Assembly: GCA_965248835.1 (NCBI GenBank) | Contig: CBDFLJ010000002.1 | Span: 2,016,001-2,080,000, forward strand | DNA from: Alphaproteobacteria bacterium | Lineage (GTDB): Bacteria > Pseudomonadota > Alphaproteobacteria > MPNO01 | Direction: 5' to 3' | Length of the DNA: 64,000 nt | Shown: piece by piece, positions 20,559 to 31,481 of the stretch | Layout: every line of letters begins with the position of its first letter | Numbering within the stretch: the first letter of the stretch is position 1 | Program-made: the position numbers and the translations under genes | Notes under the pieces: model-generated | What the model saw: only the letters and a program-made list of their open reading frames with translations | Told to the model about the DNA's origin: nothing | Databases searched by the model: none

Positions 20559-20962
20559 TCAGTCCGCGACGATGGCGGTCAGGTCGATCTCGATCAGGAA
20601 CTCGGGGTTGGACACCGCGTCACGCCCACCATCGTCGATGGCGGCGGCCGTTCGGGGTCGCCGTATATCGGGGTCGCGGGATCGCTGGCAACCTTCAGGT
20701 ATTCATCGACGTCCAGGACGAAAATCCGCCGGTAGACCACATCGTCCCACGACGCCCCGGCCGCCTCGAGCTGGACCTGGAGGTTGTCCATAACCTGGAT
20801 GTACTGCGCCCGGTAGTCGCCCGGCGCGACGCATCGGTAGTTCTCGTCCGACGGCGTCTGCCCGGCGATGAAAACGATCTTCATCGGGCCCTTGACCGTC
20901 ACGATCCGGGTGAACGCGGGATGCTTGTAGATGCCGTACGGGTTGATGTGCTGCTTTTCCAT
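20559..20962 (-). pseudogene. RidA/YjgF family protein with C-terminal frameshift
   Basis: FIAGQ, DNL..QLEAAGASWDDVV, PPSTMVGVTR; conserved SNPEFLIEIDLTA tail is in a shifted frame (1-nt loss near 20615). Confidence 0.78.
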
Positions 20963-21011
20963 CGCATGACGCTCCCTTTGCCGAAGCCGGAACGGCGAGG
21001 CTATCGGGGTT

Positions 21012-22013
21012 CTACCGCCCCGACCAGCCTTGTATCGCCGCGCCGAACAGCTCGACCGTCCGGGCGGGGTCCGAGGCGACGCTTACGGTGAACATCACAC
21101 GCTCCAGCCCGGCCGCGCGCGCGGCCTCGAGCTGATCGAGGCAGTCCGTGGGCGTCCCCCAGACCGCGAAGCGCCGGGCGAGATAGTCGAACAGCCCGAG
21201 TTCGTCGAGCAAACGGGCGTCCGCATCGCCGGGGCTGGTGCTGTAGCGCCGGCGAAGCGCGCGCAAGGGTTCATGCAGCGGCTCGGGCAGGCCGCGGCCG
21301 GCAAGGTCCGGCGTATCGAAGATGTAGCCGCCGGCCATGAAGGCGAGGATCGCGCCGGCCTTGGCGCGCGAGGCGGCTGCGTCCTGGCTGCAATCCAGGC
21401 TCGCGATCTGCCAGACCTCGACATCCTCCGGCTGGCGCCCGGCCTGCAGCGCGCCCTCGCCTACCAGCGCGGTCGAGGCGGCGTGCGCTTCGGCCGAGAT
21501 GCCGTAATTGACGAATGCCCCGTCGGCGGCCGCGCCGGCCAGCCGCAGGGTGCGCGGCCCGGAGCCGGCAAGGAAGACCTTGGGCGCCGCCTTGATCCAG
21601 GGGATGCGCGCCGTCGCGCCATCCAGCATCGCCTCGCCCGAGGCCAGCAGCGTCTTCAGATAACGCACGCCTTCACCGAGCTCGGCCACGGATGCGTTTC
21701 CCATGCCGAGGTTGCGCGTCCCGCTGTGGCCGGCCCCGATCCCCAGCACCGTGCGCCCTTCGGCCAGCAGATCGACCGAGGCGATCGAGGCGGCGCTGAC
21801 CGCCGGGTGGCGCGAGACCAGGTTGGTGACGCACAGCGCAACGCGCGCCCGGCGCGTCGCCCCGGCCACCATGGTGGTTGCCACCCACGGATCCATCGCG
21901 TTTCCCGGCGTGTCCGCGATGCCGATCATGTCAAAGCCGTAGCGGTCCGCTGCTTCGGCCATCCGCCGGACCAGAGCGGGATCATAAGGCCAGAAAAAGA
22001 AGCCGATCTGCAT
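21012..22013 (-). CDS. LLM-class (luciferase-like) flavin/F420-dependent oxidoreductase
   Basis: MQIG start, GFD.IGIAD, DPW, VTNLVSRHP, GR.VLGIGAG, GP.TLRLAG..ADG. Confidence 0.88.
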   Translation of the reverse strand: MQIGFFFWPYDPALVRRMAEAADRYGFDMIGIADTPGNAMDPWVATTMVAGATRRARVALCVTNLVSRHPAVSAASIASVDLLAEGRTVLGIGAGHSGTRNLGMGNASVAELGEGVRYLKTLLASGEAMLDGATARIPWIKAAPKVFLAGSGPRTLRLAGAAADGAFVNYGISAEAHAASTALVGEGALQAGRQPEDVEVWQIASLDCSQDAAASRAKAGAILAFMAGGYIFDTPDLAGRGLPEPLHEPLRALRRRYSTSPGDADARLLDELGLFDYLARRFAVWGTPTDCLDQLEAARAAGLERVMFTVSVASDPARTVELFGAAIQGWSGR

Positions 22014-22056
22014 GGGCGCGCTCCCGGACCGGGTGTCCATCGATTGCGGTTGGCCA

Positions 22057-22072
22057 TTCACAACGAAGTGAA
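22057..22072. promoter_or_regulatory. Palindrome TTCAC-N6-GTGAA in divergent promoter region
   Basis: Inverted repeat between divergent LLM and SBP genes. Confidence 0.35.
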
Positions 22073-22125
22073 AGCTGACGTATGATGATGCCAATTCGGT
22101 CAGAACACCAACGGGAGGAAGCGGG

Positions 22126-23400
22126 ATGAGTTCGTTCAACAAGCGTTCCCTGCTGCGCGGCGCTGCGGCTTTTGCGGCGGTGGCGGCACTTGGATTCGGA
22201 AACCCGTTCGACGGCGCGGCGCGGGCGGCGGAGCCGATCAAGGTCGGGTTCAGCATGGCGCTGACCGGCGGCCTGGCCGCCGGCGGCAAGTCGGCGCTGA
22301 TCGCCATGCAGATCTGGGAAAAGGACGTCAACGCCAAGGGCGGCCTGCTGGGCCGCAAGGTCGAGTTGGTGTTCTACGACGACCAGACCAACTCGGCGAT
22401 GGTGCCCGGCATCTACACCAAACTGCTGGATATCGACAAGGTCGATCTGATCGTGTCCGGCTACGGCACCAATCTGATCGCACCGGCGATGCCGATCGTC
22501 ATGCAGCGCGGGCTTGTCTTCCCGGCGCTGTTCGGGCTCGCGGTCAACGAGAAGTTCGACCACCCGAACTATTTCCAGATCATGCCGGCCGGCCCCAGCC
22601 CGCTGACCGACTGGTCGCGCGGCTTCTTCGAGTTGGCGATGGAACAATCGCCCCCGCCCAAGACGATCGCCCTGGTCGGCGCGGATGCCGAGTTCGCGCG
22701 CAATGCGGTCAAGGGCGCACGCGACAACGCCAAGAAGTTCGGGCTGAAGATCGTCTATGACGGCAGCTATCCGCCGCGCACGGCCGACTATTCACCGATC
22801 GTGCGGGCGATCCAGGCGCGTAATCCCGACATCGTCTATGTCGGGTCCTACCCGCCCGATTCCGTCGGCATAGTCAAAGCGGCGACCGAAGTCGGGCTGA
22901 AAGCGAAGCTGTTCGGCGGCGGAATGGTGGGCCTGCAGTTCGCTGCCATCATGAAGGCGCTCGGGCCCAAGCTGAACGGCATCGTCAACTACGACTTCTG
23001 GGTGCCGGCTCCCACACTCAAGTTCAAGGGTGTCGAGGCGTTCCTGAAAAAGTACCAGGCGGACGTGAAGGGCAAGGGCGTCGATCCGCTGGGCTACTAT
23101 CTGCCGACCTATGCCTATGCCTATCTGCAACTCCTGGAACAGGCCGTCGGCGCAACCAAGAGCCTCGATCACGCCAAGCTCGGCGCCTACATGCGCGATG
23201 CGACCTTCGATACAGTGGTCGGCAAGGTCAAGTTCGCCAAGAACGGCGAGTGGGCGAGCAGCCGGACCCTGATGGTCCAGTACCAGGACATCCGGGACAA
23301 CAATCTGGAGACCTTCACCAAGCCCGGCACGCGCGTGGTGCTCTATCCGAAGGAGTGGCAGTCGGGCAAGCTGCGCTACCCCTACACCGAAGCTCGGTAG
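22126..23400 (+). CDS. Branched-chain-type ABC transporter substrate-binding protein
   Basis: Tat-like KR.LL signal, PIKVGFSMALTG, NAKGGLLGR, YDDQ; GGAGG RBS. Confidence 0.92.
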   Translation: MSSFNKRSLLRGAAAFAAVAALGFGNPFDGAARAAEPIKVGFSMALTGGLAAGGKSALIAMQIWEKDVNAKGGLLGRKVELVFYDDQTNSAMVPGIYTKLLDIDKVDLIVSGYGTNLIAPAMPIVMQRGLVFPALFGLAVNEKFDHPNYFQIMPAGPSPLTDWSRGFFELAMEQSPPPKTIALVGADAEFARNAVKGARDNAKKFGLKIVYDGSYPPRTADYSPIVRAIQARNPDIVYVGSYPPDSVGIVKAATEVGLKAKLFGGGMVGLQFAAIMKALGPKLNGIVNYDFWVPAPTLKFKGVEAFLKKYQADVKGKGVDPLGYYLPTYAYAYLQLLEQAVGATKSLDHAKLGAYMRDATFDTVVGKVKFAKNGEWASSRTLMVQYQDIRDNNLETFTKPGTRVVLYPKEWQSGKLRYPYTEAR

Positions 23401-23450
23401 GGTCACGAACCGCACCGCGGCGAGGCGATTGAGAGCAAGGCTTCGAAGAC

Positions 23451-24323
23451 GTGTTCACCTTCGAACTGTTTTTCAACGCCATCGCCGCGGGCGTCATGCT
23501 GGGCGGCTTTTATGCCGCGGTGAGCCTCGGGCTGACGATCACCTTCGGCCAGCTCGACATCGTCAACATCGCCCATCCGGCGTTCGTGATCCTGGGCTCC
23601 TACATCGCCTATATGGGCAACGAGTGGTGGGGGGCGGACCCGATCCTGATGGGCGTGGCCTTCGCGCCGATCTTCTACGCCGTCGGGGTGACGGTCTACC
23701 GGATCTATTACGAGGCGTTTGAGAAACGAGGCGAGGAGACGCTGCGCGGCCTCGCCTTTTTCTTCGGCGTGATGTTCATCATCGAGGTCGCGTTGATCCT
23801 CGTCTACGGCGTGGACTTCCGCTCGGTCCAGGCGCCCTATATCGGCGGCAACTGGCAGATCGGGATCATCGGCATCCCGACGCGCATGTTCGTGCCCTTC
23901 GTGGTCTCGGTGATCATGTTCGTCGGGGTCTACCGCTATCTTTCCAGGACCTTCACCGGGCGGGCAATTCTCGCCGTCGCCCAGGACCGGCTCGCGCTCG
24001 AACTGATGGCGGCCGACCCGGTGCGCATCAAGCAGATCGGCTTCGGCATCGGCATCGGCACCGCCGCGGTCGCCGGCGCGCTGCTGATCATCATCATCCC
24101 GATCGAGCCCTCGATCGGGCGGCTCTATATCGGCCAGGTGTTCGCGATCGTGGTGCTGGCCGGGCTCGGCTCGGTGACCGGGACGATGGTCGCGGCCATG
24201 ATCCTGGGGATCGCCGAAAGCATGGTCTCGACCTTCTACGGACCGTCATGGGCGCCGGCGGTCGCTTTCGGAATCCTGCTGCTGGCGCTGGCCTTCCGGC
24301 CCCAGGGCCTGTTCGGCCGCTGA
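23451..24323 (+). CDS. Branched-chain ABC permease (LivH-like)
   Basis: GL.ITFG..DIVNIAH, GLGSV.G, RPQGLFG. Confidence 0.92.
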   Translation: MFTFELFFNAIAAGVMLGGFYAAVSLGLTITFGQLDIVNIAHPAFVILGSYIAYMGNEWWGADPILMGVAFAPIFYAVGVTVYRIYYEAFEKRGEETLRGLAFFFGVMFIIEVALILVYGVDFRSVQAPYIGGNWQIGIIGIPTRMFVPFVVSVIMFVGVYRYLSRTFTGRAILAVAQDRLALELMAADPVRIKQIGFGIGIGTAAVAGALLIIIIPIEPSIGRLYIGQVFAIVVLAGLGSVTGTMVAAMILGIAESMVSTFYGPSWAPAVAFGILLLALAFRPQGLFGR

Positions 24324-24325
24324 GC

Positions 24326-25279
24326 ATGGGCAAGGGGGCGAAATTCTGGTACGGCGCAGGCGCGATCGTCCTGATCGGGATCGTGCTGACGCTGACCGAC
24401 ATCGTCGCCAACTCGTTCTGGTTCTTCGCCGCCTACGTGGTCCTGCAATATGTCGTGCTGGCGACCGCCTGGAACATCATGGGCGGCTATATGGGCTATG
24501 TGAACTTCGGCAGCGCCGGGTTCTTCGCCATCGGCGCCTATTCCTCGGTGGTGCTCTACAAGCTGATGAAGGCGCCGCTTTTGATGATGATCCCGGTTTC
24601 GGGCATCGTCTGCGCGCTGATCGGGCTGGCGATGGGCTATCTGACCTTGCGGCTGCGCGGGGTGTTCTTCGCCATCGCGACGCTCGCGCTGGCGATCGTG
24701 CTCGAGACGCTGATGATCAACTGGGACTATGTCGGCGGCGCATCGGGCGCCTACATCCTGCGGCCGCGCACGATCGCGCCGTTCGGCGACTACGTGCGCT
24801 ATCTGTTCTTCGTCATGCTGGTGATGGCCGTCGTCGCGGTCGCGGTCGCGCGCTGGATCGAGAACTCGAAGTTCGGCCGCGGCCTGCACGCGATCCGCGA
24901 TGACGAATTGGCCGCGGAGTGCGCCGGGATTCCGACACTCAAGCTCAAGCTGGTGGCGACCACCGTGTCGGGCTTTCTGATGGGCGTGGCCGGTTCGCCG
25001 TTCGCGCTCTATGTCGGCTATGTCGAGCCGGCCTCGGCCTTCAATCTCGCCTACGCGATCAATGCGATCGCCATGCCGATGATCGGCGGCACGACGATGT
25101 GGGCGGGCCCCCTGGTCGGCGCACTGCTCCTGGGAACCGCCCAGCAGATCGCCAACGTGACGATCTCTTCGGAGCTCAACCTGCTGATCGTGGGCGTCGT
25201 CCTGGTGCTGTTCGTGACTCTGGCTCCGGAGGGGGTGGTCGGCCTGTTTCGCAAATATAGCGGGCGGGACAAGCGATGA
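24326..25279 (+). CDS. Branched-chain ABC permease (LivM-like)
   Basis: WNIMGGYMGYVNFG, LRLRGVFFAIATLA, AIRDDE.AA. Confidence 0.92.
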   Translation: MGKGAKFWYGAGAIVLIGIVLTLTDIVANSFWFFAAYVVLQYVVLATAWNIMGGYMGYVNFGSAGFFAIGAYSSVVLYKLMKAPLLMMIPVSGIVCALIGLAMGYLTLRLRGVFFAIATLALAIVLETLMINWDYVGGASGAYILRPRTIAPFGDYVRYLFFVMLVMAVVAVAVARWIENSKFGRGLHAIRDDELAAECAGIPTLKLKLVATTVSGFLMGVAGSPFALYVGYVEPASAFNLAYAINAIAMPMIGGTTMWAGPLVGALLLGTAQQIANVTISSELNLLIVGVVLVLFVTLAPEGVVGLFRKYSGRDKR

Positions 25280-25990
25280 CCGACGGCGCGCCGATCCTTG
25301 CGGTCGACTCGCTGACCATGCGGTTCGGCGGGTTCACCGCGCTCGACAACATCTCGGTGGCGATCGCGCCCGGCGAGCGGTTCGGGCTGATCGGTCCCAA
25401 CGGATCGGGCAAGACAACGCTGATCAACTGCGTCACGGGCGCCTTGCTCAACTATGCCGGCAGCATCGAATTCGACGGCAGGGACGTCACCCGGCTCAAG
25501 GCGCACGAGCGCACGCGGCTGGGGGTCGCGCGAAGCTTCCAGATCCCGCGGCCGTTCCGCTCGATGTCGGTCTACGAGAACCTCGCAATCACCATCGAAT
25601 ACGCGACCCGCACCCCGCGCCATGCGATCGACGAGAACGTGCGCTCGATCCTGGACTCGATGGGGCTCGCGGCCAGGGCGGATACGCTGTCGGCCGGGCT
25701 CACCCAGATCGAGATGCGCAAGCTCGAGCTTGCGCGCGCATTGGCCGCCCGGCCGCGGCTGCTGATCTCCGACGAGGCGATGGCCGGGCTGTCCTCGGCG
25801 GAGGTCGACGAGCTCCTCGAGATCCTGTTCCGCCTCAACGAGGGCGGCGTGACCATCATCATGATCGAGCACATCATGCGCGCGGTGATGCGGTTCTCCC
25901 AGCGCATCGTGGTCCTCGACGCCGGCCGCAAGATCGCCGAGGGCGGCCCCGACGAGATCATCTCCAACCCGGACGTCGAAAGGGCATATC

Positions 25991-26001
<11 letters not shown>
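25276..26001 (+). CDS. ABC ATP-binding protein (LivG-like)
   Basis: GPNGSGKTT, DEAMAGL, IEHIM, AYLG. Confidence 0.92.
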
Positions 26002-26728
<727 letters not shown>

Positions 26729-26860
26729 GCTTTTTCAATCCACTGACGCGGAATTCTCAGAAAAAAGACGAATTCCATACACTGGCAAGAAGCTGCGTGC
26801 GGCGGGAACCCGCCGACCGGACGGCCGGCATCGCTTGCCGCGCTCGACCGGACGTCCGGA

Positions 26861-27349
26861 TTGATCCATCCAAGGATGCTCGATCATGCCGCGGTCCAGC
26901 CGCACACCGCGGGCCGCCAGGCGCGCGATTGCGAGAGCTGCCACAACAATCCCAAGACCCTGGGCTACGGCATCGAGGACGGCCGCTTTCTCAAAAGCTA
27001 CGAAAAGGACCTGGTGGTCGAGCTGCAGACCCATCTCGGGACGGCCATTCCCCGCAAGCACAAGGTCCAGTCGCCGGCGATCCCGAAGCTCGACCACGAC
27101 CTTTCGCAGATCCTCACCCGCGACGGCCGCCAGCTGGTCAGCGTCGGCTCGCATTGGCCGCTGACAGGCCCCCTACCGCAGGCGATGCGGGAAAAGATGG
27201 AGCGCACGGGCCTGTGCATGGGCTGCCACCAGAACATGCTCGACGAGGCCCTTTGGGCAAAGGTCAACACGCCGGCATTTCTGGACAACGACCAGCATCG
27301 CGCGGTGATGGACGAAGCGGTCCGCGCGATGTCGCAGCAGCGACCATAG
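26861..27349 (+). pseudogene. C-terminal fragment of a multiheme c-type cytochrome
   Basis: Two CxxCH motifs (CESCH, CMGCH), no signal peptide, abrupt start. Confidence 0.65.
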
Positions 27350-27376
27350 CGGTTGCAGCGGCGCCCGGAGGTGGAC

Positions 27377-27736
27377 ATGACAGTTTTGCGAACCGCATGC
27401 GTCCTGGTGGTGCTCGGGCTGACCGCCGGGCCGCCGGCGGCATTCGATTACAAGATCCGCGACCTCCTCGAGCCCTGTGCGGAGGGCGACAACGACTCGC
27501 GCGGCGGCGCGATCCTGGAAATGGAATGCGAACAGTATGTCAGCGGCTTTACCGATCTCTACATCCGCGCCGGCCTGGCTGAACGCGACGGCGTCTGCCT
27601 GCCTCCGGAAGGAAACCGCGCCGATGAGGTGCGTTGGGCGTTCATGCCTTGGGCGCATGAAAACTTCGACAAGTGCGACACCCCCGCGGTCGACGGATTG
27701 CGCGCGACCTTGAAATGGAAATTCAGGTGCCGATAG
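27377..27736 (+). CDS. Secreted Rap1a/Tai4-like small cysteine protein
   Basis: GGAGGTGG RBS, signal peptide, L..C...C..Y..G..D...CLP...F.C pattern. Confidence 0.65.
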   Translation: MTVLRTACVLVVLGLTAGPPAAFDYKIRDLLEPCAEGDNDSRGGAILEMECEQYVSGFTDLYIRAGLAERDGVCLPPEGNRADEVRWAFMPWAHENFDKCDTPAVDGLRATLKWKFRCR

Positions 27737-27847
27737 CGGTGGTAGCGGCGATCACGAGGGGAATCGAAGGCGTCACGGACGTGATCGATCCCACCGAACA
27801 TTGACCGGGTGCCGCCTGCCGCCTGGCACGTCCGGCATCGGGGTCCG

Positions 27848-28447
27848 TCATGAGCCGGTCTCGGCCGCCTCTCGCCGGGTGCGGAGGTACTCGCGGGCGC
27901 GCGCGAGATAGGTCTCGATCGTCACGTCCATGCCCGCGGTCTCTTCGGGTGTGAGCTTGCGGGCGAAACGGGCCGGCCGGCCGGCCCAGAGTTCACCGGC
28001 GGGCACCCGCTTGCCCGGTGTCAGCATCGCGCCCGCGGCCAGCATGCCGCGTCCTTCGACCAACGCCTCGTCGAGGACCACTGCGCCCATGCCGACGAAG
28101 GCACCGTCCTCCAGCGTGCAGGCATGAAGCAGCGCCATGTGGCCGACCGTGACATCCGCGCCGATATAGGTGCCCTGCTTTAGGCTGTGGACGTGGATCA
28201 CGGTGCCGTCCTGGATATTGCTGCGGGCGCCGATCCGGACCGCGTGCTCGTCGCCGCGGATGACGCAGTTGAACCAGACGCCGACACCGTCTGCGATCTC
28301 GACATCGCCGATCACCACCGTGCCGTCGGCGATGAAGGCCTCGGGCGAGATCCGCGGCCATGCGCCGCGATAGGGCAGCAGCCGGGCGCCGGCGGTTGCC
28401 GGGCCGATAAGCGCCTCGGGCGGGCTGAACAGCGGCGTTCCGCTCAC
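27848..28447 (-). CDS. Gamma carbonic anhydrase family protein (YrdA-like)
   Basis: IGDVEI, RGDEH, SNIQDGTVIH, VGH.ALLHAC, G.PAR; GTG start overlapping argC stop. Confidence 0.9.
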   Translation of the reverse strand: MSGTPLFSPPEALIGPATAGARLLPYRGAWPRISPEAFIADGTVVIGDVEIADGVGVWFNCVIRGDEHAVRIGARSNIQDGTVIHVHSLKQGTYIGADVTVGHMALLHACTLEDGAFVGMGAVVLDEALVEGRGMLAAGAMLTPGKRVPAGELWAGRPARFARKLTPEETAGMDVTIETYLARAREYLRTRREAAETGS

Positions 28448-29499
28448 GGGTAGAGCGGTTCCTGCTCGAGCGCCGTCGTCTCGGGCAGGCCGCACACCAG
28501 GTTCATGTTCTGGATCGCCTGCCCCGAGGCGCCCTTCACCAGGTTGTCGAGCACCGAGACGATGATCGCCCTGCCCGGCAGGCGGTCGGCGAAGACCCCG
28601 ATCAGGCAATGGTTGGACCCTCGGACGTGACGGGTGGCCGGCAGAACCTCTGCCGGCACGACCCGCACGAAAGGCTCGCCGGCATAGCGCGCGGCCAATA
28701 TGTCCCGCAGGTCGTCGGCGGTCCTGCCGTCGGACAGGCGGACATAGATGGTCGACAGGATGCCGCGGTTCATCGGCATCAGATGGGGGGTGAAGTTCAC
28801 CGTGATCGCGCGTCCGGCAGCGCTGCCGAGCTCCTGCTCGATCTCGGGTGCGTGACGGTGGGAGGCGATACCGTAGGGGTGAATGCCCTCGGAGACTTCG
28901 GCGAACAGGCTCGCCTCCTTGGCCGCGCGCCCGGCGCCAGTGACGCCGGATTTGGAATCGATGATGATCCCCGCCCCGTCATCGACCGCCCCCTCGGCCA
29001 GCAGCGGCGCGAGCGGCAGGATGGCCGAGGTGGGATAGCAGCCGGGGTTGGCGACAAGGCGCGCCGTGCGCACCGCATCCCGGGCAAGCTCGCTCAGGCC
29101 GTAGACCGCCTCCTCCTGCAGCGCCGGGGCCAGATGGTCGTGGCCGTACCACTGGGCATAGGTCGCGAGGTCCGAGATCCGGAAATCGGCCGACAGGTCG
29201 ATCACCTTCAGGTGCCGCGGCAGCGCGGCCACGACCTCCTGGGTGGTGCCGTGCGGCAGGCAGCAGAAAACGAGGTCGAGCGAGTCCCAGTCGGCATCCT
29301 GAATGCGCACCAGATCGGGCAGCGCACGGCCGCCGAACTGGGGAAAGACCGCGGCCAGAGGCTTGCCGGCATGGCGGTCGGCGGTCAGGACGGCGATCTC
29401 GACCATCGGATGGTGCAGCAGCAGCCGGACGAGCTCGGCCCCGGTATAGCCGCTGGCACCGAGGATCGCCGCGCGCACGACGTTCGATGTCTTGGTCAT
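28444..29499 (-). CDS. argC: N-acetyl-gamma-glutamyl-phosphate reductase
   Basis: GASGYTG, DLSADFR, ANPGCYPT, SGVTGAGR, DNLVKGASGQA. Confidence 0.97.
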   Translation of the reverse strand: MTKTSNVVRAAILGASGYTGAELVRLLLHHPMVEIAVLTADRHAGKPLAAVFPQFGGRALPDLVRIQDADWDSLDLVFCCLPHGTTQEVVAALPRHLKVIDLSADFRISDLATYAQWYGHDHLAPALQEEAVYGLSELARDAVRTARLVANPGCYPTSAILPLAPLLAEGAVDDGAGIIIDSKSGVTGAGRAAKEASLFAEVSEGIHPYGIASHRHAPEIEQELGSAAGRAITVNFTPHLMPMNRGILSTIYVRLSDGRTADDLRDILAARYAGEPFVRVVPAEVLPATRHVRGSNHCLIGVFADRLPGRAIIVSVLDNLVKGASGQAIQNMNLVCGLPETTALEQEPLYP

Positions 29500-29550
29500 G
29501 GCATCACCTCCGGAGCAGTGCCGGAACAGCGATTGAGAGCAAAGGGCGGA

Positions 29551-30048
29551 TCAGCGCTTGGAGAACTGGAAGCTTCGTCGCGCCTTTGCCTTGCCATATT
29601 TCTTTCGTTCGACCACCCTTGCGTCGCGGGTCAGGAACCCACCGCGCTTCATGATGGTGCGCAGGGCGGGCTCGGCGTGGACCAAGGCCCGCGAGATGCC
29701 GTGGCGGACCGCGCCTGCCTGGCCCGACAACCCGCCGCCTTTGACCGTGCACCAGACGTCGTACTGCCCGTTGCGGTCGGCCACCAGGAAGGGCTGGTTG
29801 AGCAGCATCTGCAGCACCGGGCGGGCGAAATAGACCGAGCCGGCGCGCCCGTTGACGCTCACCCGCCCGGCGCCGGGCTTGATCCACACCCGGGCGACGG
29901 CGTTCTTGCGCCTGCCGGTGGCGTAGGCCCGGCCCTGGTTGTCGACCTTGCGCTCATAGACGATCGGGGCGTCCTCGACCATGGTGCCCTCGGCCAGCAG
30001 GCCTTCGGGCATCACATCGCCCAGCGTGGCGGTGTCCTGGTCGGCCAT
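29551..30048 (-). CDS. rpsI: 30S ribosomal protein S9
   Basis: [31 protein letters not shown]...FSKR. Confidence 0.97.
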   Translation of the reverse strand: MADQDTATLGDVMPEGLLAEGTMVEDAPIVYERKVDNQGRAYATGRRKNAVARVWIKPGAGRVSVNGRAGSVYFARPVLQMLLNQPFLVADRNGQYDVWCTVKGGGLSGQAGAVRHGISRALVHAEPALRTIMKRGGFLTRDARVVERKKYGKAKARRSFQFSKR

Positions 30049-30050
30049 GC

Positions 30051-30515
30051 CTAGTTGCTCCTGGAATTCTTGGCGTTCAACGCCGCGAGGTCGAGCGCGG
30101 CGGGTTGTTGCGCGCGGTGCGGGTGTTCGGCCCCGGCATAGACCTTGAGCTTGCGTAGCTGCTTTCGGCCCAGCGGGCCTTTGGGCAGCATGCGCTCGAT
30201 GGCTTTCTCGACCACCCGCTCGGGATGGGCGCCGTCGAGAATGGATCCCGCGGTCCGGCTCTTGATGCCGCCGGGATAGCCGGTGTGGCGATAATAGGTC
30301 TTCTGGTCGCGCTTGCGCCCGGTCAGCTTGACCTTTTCCGCATTGACGACAACGACATTGTCGCCGCAGTCGATGTGCGGTGTGAACATCGCCTTGTGCT
30401 TGCCGCGCAGCATCCGGGCCACGATAGCCGCGAGCCGGCCGACGACGATACCCTCGGCGTCGATGACGTACCAGTTGGCCTCGACATCGCCGGGCTTGGC
30501 GGAATAGGTTCTCAT
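30051..30515 (-). CDS. rplM: 50S ribosomal protein L13
   Basis: [35 protein letters not shown]. Confidence 0.98.
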   Translation of the reverse strand: MRTYSAKPGDVEANWYVIDAEGIVVGRLAAIVARMLRGKHKAMFTPHIDCGDNVVVVNAEKVKLTGRKRDQKTYYRHTGYPGGIKSRTAGSILDGAHPERVVEKAIERMLPKGPLGRKQLRKLKVYAGAEHPHRAQQPAALDLAALNAKNSRSN

Positions 30516-30560
30516 CGGTGGGTCCCGCTTGGTGTGGCGCTTGGTGCTGGTGCGGCGCGG

Positions 30561-30588
30561 AGTATCGCAGAAGGACTTGCGCTGTCAA
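30561..30588 (-). promoter_or_regulatory. Putative sigma70 promoter of rplM-rpsI
   Basis: Minus strand TTGACA-16nt-GATACT upstream of rplM. Confidence 0.55.
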
Positions 30589-30665
30589 GACAATGGTAGA
30601 GGTTTATTCCATGTCTTTCAGGGACTTATATTAGAGTAACATGATATGCAGGAAGGGCGTGCGCG

Positions 30666-31481
30666 ATGGCTGGACCGATCGCCGAAACCGCGGTGAAACA
30701 AACCGACGAACCCGTGTTGCTGCGCGAGGACGGGGACGGGATCGCGACCCTGGTGCTCAACCGGCCGCGGGCCCGCAATGCGCTGTCCACGGCGCTACTC
30801 TCGGCTTTGCAGGCCGAGATCGATGCGATCGCACAGGATTCGACGGTCCGCGTCGTGGTGATCGGCGCCAACGGCCCGGCCTTCTGCGCCGGCCACGACA
30901 TGCGCGAGCTCCGGGCGGACCCGACGCGGCAGGCCCACGCGGCGACCTTCGCACGGTGCAGCGGGCTGATGCTGTCGATCACCCGCCTGCCCAAGCCGGT
31001 GATCGCCCGCATCCAGGGGACCGCGACCGCAGCCGGATGCCAGCTCGTGGCGACCTGCGATCTGGCGGTCGCCGCCGATACCGCGAAGTTCGCAACGCCG
31101 GGTGTCGATATCGGGCTGTTCTGCTCGACACCGATGGTCGCGACCAGCCGCAACCTGCCGCGCAAGCGCGCGATGGAGATGCTGTTCACCGGCGCGCCGA
31201 TCGATGCGGCAACCGCCGAGCGCTACGACCTGATCAACCGGGTCGTCGCGCCGGCTGCGCTCGATGAGGAGACCAGGGCGCTCGCGGCCGACCTCGCGTC
31301 GAAATCCGCACTGACGCTTGCGCTTGGCAAGGAGGCGTTCTACCGCCAGCTCGAGAAGGGGCTGGCCGACGCCTACGACGACGCCGGCGAGGTGATGACT
31401 CGAAACATGCTGGCCCACGATGCCGAAGAGGGCATCGATGCGTTCCTGGAGAAGCGATCGCCTAGCTGGCAGGACCGCTGA
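30666..31481 (+). CDS. Enoyl-CoA hydratase/isomerase family protein
   Basis: LNRP..RNALS, FCAGHD, ATAAGCQL, GLFCSTP, EGIDAF. Confidence 0.92.
   Translation: MAGPIAETAVKQTDEPVLLREDGDGIATLVLNRPRARNALSTALLSALQAEIDAIAQDSTVRVVVIGANGPAFCAGHDMRELRADPTRQAHAATFARCSGLMLSITRLPKPVIARIQGTATAAGCQLVATCDLAVAADTAKFATPGVDIGLFCSTPMVATSRNLPRKRAMEMLFTGAPIDAATAERYDLINRVVAPAALDEETRALAADLASKSALTLALGKEAFYRQLEKGLADAYDDAGEVMTRNMLAHDAEEGIDAFLEKRSPSWQDR

Noticed and set aside
30601-30650. AT-rich patch with an IHF-like TTTCAGGGACTTA, similar to sequence after tRNA-Phe
   Set aside because: Mismatched to the IHF consensus and explained by the divergent rplM/ECH promoter region.
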